From a virus (taxonomy: Duplodnaviria; Heunggongvirae; Uroviricota; Caudoviricetes): a DNA stretch of 41,141 bases. Positions within the stretch are counted from its first letter, which is position 1. Every line of letters starts with the position of its first letter. Under the pieces are notes generated by a model that did not search any database, was not told where the DNA came from, and saw nothing but the letters and a program-made list of their open reading frames with translations. The DNA is taken from positions 1-41,141 of the IMG/VR virus record IMGVR_UViG_2718218171_000006. One strand, written 5' to 3'. The position numbers and the translations under genes are program-made. Below, in pieces: positions 35,908 through 41,141 of this stretch.

Positions 35908-36732
35908 ATGTCTCAGAACTTAGACGCAACCGCAATTAATCAAATCCATGCCCTTATTTCTGCTCAGGGTGTTAATGAAATTATCAGTAAGATTGGTGCC
36001 GATGCTGTGGCATTGCCTGAGAATTTCCGCATTCATGATCTGGAAAAATTTAATTTAAATCGCTTCCGTTTCCGTGGTGCGCTTTCCACTGCCAGCATCG
36101 ATGACTTTACCCGTTATTCTAAAGATCTTGCAGATGAAGGCACCCGCTGCTTTATCGATGCTGATAATATGCGTGCCGTCAGTGTGCTTAACCTGGGTAC
36201 TATTAATGAACCAGGTCACGCAGATAACACCGCCACTCTCAAACTGAAAAAGACAGCACCGTTCTCTGCACTGTTGTCTGTTAACGGCGAGCGTAACTCC
36301 CAGAAATCACTGGCAGAATGGATTGAAGACTGGGCCGACTACCTTGTGGGCTTTGATGCTAATGGTGACGCCATTCAGGCAACAAAAGCGGCTGCGGCAA
36401 TCCGTAAAATCACGATTGAAGCAAACCAGACCGCTGATTTTGAAGATAATGACTTCAGCGGCAAACGCTCCCTGATGGAGTCTGTCGAAGCGAAGACCAA
36501 AGACATTATGCCAGTGGCATTTGAATTTAAATGCGTTCCGTTTGAAGGCCTGAAAGAACGTCCGTTTAAATTACGCCTCAGCATTATTACTGGCGATCGT
36601 CCTGTACTGGTTCTGCGCATTATTCAGCTGGAGGCGGTGCAGGAAGAAATGGCTAACGAATTTCGTGATCTGCTTGTTGAGAAATACAAAGACAGCAAAG
36701 TAGAAACCTTTATTGGTACTTTCACCGCCTGA
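35908..36732 (+). CDS. YfdQ-like protein (DUF2303 family, tentative)
   Basis: 274 aa; assignment by size and context, not by search. Confidence 0.5.
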   Translation: MSQNLDATAINQIHALISAQGVNEIISKIGADAVALPENFRIHDLEKFNLNRFRFRGALSTASIDDFTRYSKDLADEGTRCFIDADNMRAVSVLNLGTINEPGHADNTATLKLKKTAPFSALLSVNGERNSQKSLAEWIEDWADYLVGFDANGDAIQATKAAAAIRKITIEANQTADFEDNDFSGKRSLMESVEAKTKDIMPVAFEFKCVPFEGLKERPFKLRLSIITGDRPVLVLRIIQLEAVQEEMANEFRDLLVEKYKDSKVETFIGTFTA

Positions 36733-36860
36733 TTTCATTACTGCAAATGCCCCTGCGGGGGCATTTATGGAAACGTAATTAACTCAATAATCGCCGGATG
36801 GTGAGGGCTTACTTTTACCCGAATTCAGCGCGGTGCAGCGCATATAAAGTGGAGAACGAA

Positions 36861-37397
36861 ATGTCATTTATTAAAACTTTTTCCGGGAAGCATTTTTATT
36901 ATGACAAGATAAATAAAGACGACATCGTGATTAACGATATCGCGGTTTCCCTTTCAAATATCTGTCGCTTTGCAGGACATCTTTCACACTTCTACAGTGT
37001 CGCCCAGCATGCGGTGCTTTGCAGCCAGCTGGTGCCGCAGGAATTTGCTTTTGAAGCGTTAATGCATGATGCAACAGAAGCGTATTGCCAGGACATCCCC
37101 GCACCACTGAAACGCCTTCTTCCTGACTATAAACGGATGGAAGAAAAAATAGATGCCGTAATCCGTGAGAAATACGGGTTACCCCCGGTTATGAGCACGC
37201 CCGTGAAATATGCCGATCTCATCATGCTGGCAACCGAACGCCGCGATCTCGGGCTTGATGATGGCTCTTTCTGGCCTGTGCTAGAAGGTATCCCGGCAAC
37301 AGAGATGTTCAAAGTTATTCCACTGTCGCCAGGCCATGCCTATGGGATGTTTATGGAACGTTTTAACGAGTTATCGGAGTTACGCAAATGCGCATGA
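36861..37397 (+). CDS. HD-domain phosphohydrolase (YfdR-like 5'-deoxynucleotidase family)
   Basis: 178 aa from MSFIKTF...; HD signature (FAGHLSHFYSVAQH ... EALMHDATEAY). Confidence 0.6.
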   Translation: MSFIKTFSGKHFYYDKINKDDIVINDIAVSLSNICRFAGHLSHFYSVAQHAVLCSQLVPQEFAFEALMHDATEAYCQDIPAPLKRLLPDYKRMEEKIDAVIREKYGLPPVMSTPVKYADLIMLATERRDLGLDDGSFWPVLEGIPATEMFKVIPLSPGHAYGMFMERFNELSELRKCA

Positions 37398-37768
37398 ATG
37401 TTTTCGAAATGGAAGGGTTTCTTCGCGGGAAATGTGTACCGCGAGATCTGAAAGTGAATGAAACAAATGCTGAGTACCTAGTACGTAAATTCGATGCGCT
37501 TGAAGATAAATGTGCGGCACTGGAAAACAAAATAATACCAGTGTCAGCTGAACTGCCACCAGCAAATGAAAGTGTTCTGTTATTTGATGCTAACGGAGAA
37601 GGCTGGCTAATTGGCTGGCGTTCTCTCTGGTACACCTGGGGACAAAAAGAAACCGGAGAATGGCAGTGGACATTTCAGGTCGGGGACCTTGAAAACGTCA
37701 ATATCACTCACTGGGCAGTAATGCCAAAAGCGCCGGAGGCTGAGCATAATGACCACATTTACCAATAA
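37388..37768 (+). CDS. DUF551-like phage protein
   Basis: 126 aa; C-terminal W-rich segment ending ...NITHWAVMP; GGAG RBS. Confidence 0.5.
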   Translation: MRMNVFEMEGFLRGKCVPRDLKVNETNAEYLVRKFDALEDKCAALENKIIPVSAELPPANESVLLFDANGEGWLIGWRSLWYTWGQKETGEWQWTFQVGDLENVNITHWAVMPKAPEAEHNDHIYQ

Positions 37769-38369
37769 CGAACTGATTAAAGAAATCAAAGAACGAATCA
37801 GCAGCCTAGAGGTTCGAGACGATATTGAGCGCCGTGCTTATGAAATTGCTCTGGCATCGCTGGAAGAGGATCCGGTGGCATGGCTGCATTCAGACAATGG
37901 CTTAGGTATTCCGGCAATAACCAGGAGTAAAAACATTGCTGACAGTTGGTTATCAAAGGGCTGGTATGTTCAGCCGCTATATATAGCCAAACCAGTACCG
38001 GTGGTGCCAGATGCTCGTCCGTCTTTAAATAATGGCATAGTCGGTTTTGATGAAGGCTGGAACGCCCGCCGCACCGCCATGATTCATGGTGCCGAACCTG
38101 TAAGCCAGACTTACAAGTTGAACGAGCTGTCGGGCAACTCTCCGGTAATTCCGGATGGTTGGATAAGCTGTAGTGAGCGAATGCCGAACGATAAACAGTA
38201 TGTTTGGTGTTGGGGTAAGTCTTACGGCTGGACTGAGTGCGATACCTTCGAAGGGTATTACGATTGGTCGAGAAACAAATGGTGGGCAGTTACTGACGAT
38301 GGGGAAGAACCGGCATCGAAAGTAACCCACTGGATACCGCTACCGGAGCCGCCGCAGGAGGTGAAGTAA
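37749..38369 (+). CDS. DUF551-like phage protein
   Basis: 206 aa; C-terminal WISCSERMPNDKQYVWCW...THWIPLPEPP typical of DUF551. Confidence 0.5.
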   Translation: MTTFTNNELIKEIKERISSLEVRDDIERRAYEIALASLEEDPVAWLHSDNGLGIPAITRSKNIADSWLSKGWYVQPLYIAKPVPVVPDARPSLNNGIVGFDEGWNARRTAMIHGAEPVSQTYKLNELSGNSPVIPDGWISCSERMPNDKQYVWCWGKSYGWTECDTFEGYYDWSRNKWWAVTDDGEEPASKVTHWIPLPEPPQEVK

Positions 38370-38563
38370 TGAACAACTTAATGACAACAAAACAAGTTGC
38401 CGAATTCTGTGGCGTTTCAGTATCGACTGTTCTTCGCTGGAACAGCGTAAACAGGAGAACTGGCCAGAAATACAGGCCTGACTTTCCAGATCCTGATATT
38501 AAATCCTGCCCAAATAAATGGGCATCACGCAAGATATACAGGTTTGCTGGAGTTATTGAGTAA
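38369..38563 (+). CDS. AlpA-family HTH regulator / putative excisionase
   Basis: 64 aa; MTTKQVAEFCGVSVSTVLRWN HTH; last gene of the early-left operon, near int. Confidence 0.6.
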   Translation: MNNLMTTKQVAEFCGVSVSTVLRWNSVNRRTGQKYRPDFPDPDIKSCPNKWASRKIYRFAGVIE

Positions 38564-38885
38564 CGTGTATTATCTCAGATGGGAGCTGACACATCTATGG
38601 CACAGAGCCAAACCTAATCTGACAGCTTGCGCTATGCTGTGAGTTCAACGGGTCGATGCAACGCTATCCTTGAACAACGGGGAACAGGTCAGTCAGCTGG
38701 TGCGCCCGGCGGCGATTCTTGATGTATGCGCTGCAAGATACTGTCACTTTAGGCAATCTGCAAAACATATCACGACCGACTTTTCACAATAAGTGCGTAC
38801 TATTGTGAATTGAATTCTGGGAGTATCGCCTAGTTATATAACGTTAACTGATTGTTTTTTCTAGCGTAGAATGAGGGATTTATCG

Positions 38886-39074
38886 ATGAAAGAAGAACTG
38901 ATTGAACTATACAAAGACTCCTTACTTTTAGGAAAATATATTGAGCTGGAACATATTGCTAATGACATGTTACCAGGCCTATTTCCTGGAAAGGAACTAG
39001 AAGAACTTTCTGACAAGGAGTTAATTGCATTAACTAAAGCCGTAATTACAGGTATGACCTCGTGGCTGTGCTAA
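38886..39074 (+). CDS. Hypothetical small protein in an AT-rich segment
   Basis: 62 aa from ATG 38886 with GAGGGA RBS; no family recognised. Confidence 0.3.
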   Translation: MKEELIELYKDSLLLGKYIELEHIANDMLPGLFPGKELEELSDKELIALTKAVITGMTSWLC

Positions 39075-39178
39075 TACTGATTAAAACTGGCGGCATATGC
39101 CGCCATAATACAACTAACTCGAACAGCCTGCCGTAGGCGTTATCTTCAATGGTCAGTGGTTATAGCAATACCCTCTCG

Positions 39179-39730
39179 TCATGAATATCGGAGATTTAGT
39201 CGGGAATACAGCCTTTCTATCTCATCGACAACTTTGCTAAACTCTTTGGCTAATTTGGGTGGCAATTCAATATGCCCATGCTGGTTCGCTAGGTCACCAG
39301 TATTTAATATTTCAAAACGTTTTCTAGCAAGATACAACCATCTGATCACATCAGGATCATTTACAAGAGCCTGGCGGATATTGTCTACCTGCTGCCCCCT
39401 ATAAATCCGCGTACTATCAGGTAGAAATAAAATATTTTCCGTACTATAAGGATATGGCGTGATATCCAGCATTTCTCCAGCATCATTCTCCCAAATACAG
39501 TGGAACTCAGCTTCAATATAAACTCCCGGTACCTGCCAGATAGCCCAACCGTAAACAGCTCTTCCGCCATTCTGTTCAATCACCGTTTCAACATTCGAAA
39601 AGCAGTCCATAACTTCCGCTCCCGAGAAAGGTTCATTTTTAATCAATACAGCATGAGCATCAGGAACAACTTTCAGACAAAAATTCAGGGTTTCAGGCGT
39701 ATCTAACTGTGCGGGTATTGGATGGTGCAT
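39179..39730 (-). CDS. Hypothetical protein (integrase-proximal cargo gene)
   Basis: 183-aa ORF between the xis-like gene and int, convergent with the 62-aa ORF; no family recognised. Confidence 0.5.
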   Translation of the reverse strand: MHHPIPAQLDTPETLNFCLKVVPDAHAVLIKNEPFSGAEVMDCFSNVETVIEQNGGRAVYGWAIWQVPGVYIEAEFHCIWENDAGEMLDITPYPYSTENILFLPDSTRIYRGQQVDNIRQALVNDPDVIRWLYLARKRFEILNTGDLANQHGHIELPPKLAKEFSKVVDEIERLYSRLNLRYS

Positions 39731-39917
39731 AGCATTCCTTACATTAGAGCTAAATGGGAGGTTTGTAGTAAAGGACTTGCAGATAATGTCATCGCTGGCG
39801 AAGTTTTGGTTTCATTGACTGCTTATCTGTGTCTGCTCACTTATCAATCAATAGTTTTACTGCAATCTGGCGACACCGTTTGTATAAGAATATCCGTTCC
39901 TAGCTCAGAGCGAACTA

Positions 39918-41141
39918 TCAGTTGGTGTCTGAGTTAGTACAAGTAACGATCGATTCAACTCTCTCCCACCATGCCTGGTAGGCTTTACGCTGTTCTTCTA
40001 GATAATCGCTCTTGTCATAAACTTGCCATACCCCTGGCAGTTTATGACCTAGCATTATTTCTGCAATATGAGGCGCAGTAAGATCAGAAAAGTTTGTTCG
40101 TGCTGTTCGCCTCAAATCATGAAGAGACCAATGAGGGAATTGATACCCCAAACGCCGCCATGCGTACTGCATTAAATTGTAAGGCAGCGACTGCAATGAT
40201 GTCCGACCAACGGGTTCCCTGCTTCCTTCCTTAGTAAAAAGCATATCGGAACCATTGTTCATAGAAATAGCGTACTTTATAAGCTCTTCAACCGGTTCAA
40301 TAATAGGCCGCTTTAGCGGTTCGCCTGTTATCTCCCCAGTCTTATGTCGTTCTGGTGGTACAGTCCATACTTTATTAATGAAATCAAAATCGTCCACCCT
40401 GGCGGTAATTAGCTCTGAACTACGGCAGCCAAAATGCAGCAATAGTTTAATGAAGGCCCGGTATTTAGGAACCATTCGAGAACCATCGATCGCAGCATAA
40501 AGGATTTTAATTTCATCATGTGTCAGAAACCGTTTCTTCTGACCTTTACGGATATCCATATCTTTACCCGTGATATCCGACAGCGGGCGAGTTTCAATGA
40601 GCTTTCTCTTATACGCCCAGACATGGGCCTGCTTTGCGTTAATTAGCAATCGGTCTGCTATTGCTGGAGTCTTAGTGCTAAGAGGCTCCAGGACTTCTAA
40701 CCAATCATGCAATGTAGCTGCATCGTGAGGGATATTCCCGATTTTAGAGAACAGGTGCAGCTCAAACGAGCGGAGTATCTGTTCAGAACCTTTTTTATTT
40801 TTTACACAATATGCTTCATACCAGGCACGGATCACAGACTCTACCGTCATGGCTTCAGTAGCTTTTCGTTTTTCAGCCTGCTTGACTAATCGTGGATTGC
40901 GGTTTGACTCGAGTTCACCACGGAGACGGATAACTTCTTCTCTGGCCTCTTTTAATCCAGTTGCCGGGTAAGTTCCGATATCAAGGCGCTCACCTTTCCC
41001 TGCCCATTGATAACGATATTGGAACACTACGCGACCTTTCGGTGATACTCTGACAGACAGACCATCACGATCGGATTTAACCAAAACCTTATCACGTTCC
41101 TTTCCAACGACTGAACGCAACCACGCATCAGACAGCGCCAT
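39918..41141 (-). CDS. int: Tyrosine recombinase / phage integrase (P4-like, N-terminal arm-binding domain)
   Basis: 407 aa; C-terminal catalytic region with HDLRRTARTN and HxxG...Y motifs; start codon at the window edge. Confidence 0.9.
   Translation of the reverse strand: MALSDAWLRSVVGKERDKVLVKSDRDGLSVRVSPKGRVVFQYRYQWAGKGERLDIGTYPATGLKEAREEVIRLRGELESNRNPRLVKQAEKRKATEAMTVESVIRAWYEAYCVKNKKGSEQILRSFELHLFSKIGNIPHDAATLHDWLEVLEPLSTKTPAIADRLLINAKQAHVWAYKRKLIETRPLSDITGKDMDIRKGQKKRFLTHDEIKILYAAIDGSRMVPKYRAFIKLLLHFGCRSSELITARVDDFDFINKVWTVPPERHKTGEITGEPLKRPIIEPVEELIKYAISMNNGSDMLFTKEGSREPVGRTSLQSLPYNLMQYAWRRLGYQFPHWSLHDLRRTARTNFSDLTAPHIAEIMLGHKLPGVWQVYDKSDYLEEQRKAYQAWWERVESIVTCTNSDTN

Larger units (their letters stand above)
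1..41141. mobile_element. Lambdoid prophage (lambda-type tail and lysis genes, HK97/Gifsy-type head module, P4-like integrase), near-complete within window
   Basis: Collinear late operon cos-terminase-portal-capsid-tail (Z,U,V,G/T,H,M,L,K,I,J)-stf, lysis cassette S-R-Rz/Rz1, Q, nin-like region, cro/cI immunity region, xis-like and int genes; several proteins have N-termini I recognise as lambda I, J, L, M, R, Rz, Stf. Confidence 0.9.

Noticed and set aside
1-41141. CRISPR array, rRNA or tRNA genes, insertion sequences
   Set aside because: No short regularly spaced repeat-spacer arrays, no rRNA-like conserved stretches, and no transposase-like ORF or terminal inverted repeats seen; the only tandem repeats are in-frame in stf and the iterons in the O-like gene.

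Overview
The window appears to be a near-complete lambdoid prophage of an Escherichia/Shigella-type host, bounded by the stop codon of a small membrane-protein gene at position 1 and the start codon of a tyrosine integrase at 41141. Nearly all genes are on the minus strand. Reading down from high coordinates: integrase, an early-left operon on the plus strand (AlpA/excisionase-like, two DUF551 proteins, HD-domain hydrolase, YfdQ/YfdP-like proteins), a CI repressor with S24 peptidase domain, then minus-strand Cro-like, CII-like, an O-like replication initiator containing iterons, PerC-like protein, Dam-like methyltransferase, LexA-DBD-only protein, RusA, KilA-N, DUF968 and antiterminator Q. Late genes follow: a second methyltransferase, holin, endolysin R, Rz/Rz1, a lambda-like cos site, terminase small and large subunits, gpW, portal, ClpP-protease/capsid fusion, and a lambda-type tail module Z-U-V-G/T-H-M-L-K-I-J plus side tail fibre. 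The most interesting parts are accessory loci I cannot assign to any family from sequence alone: an AT-rich convergent gene pair beside the immunity region (34398..35010), a two-gene locus between excisionase and integrase (38886..39730), a lipoprotein moron flanked by duplicated terminator hairpins between Q and the lysis genes, and two unassigned ORFs between cII and O. Also notable are a perfect rrn-type boxA in the pL leader with no recognisable N gene, and a long structured leader at 35011..35479. All calls are from reading the sequence and recalled family signatures; no database search was run, so novelty claims are hypotheses.
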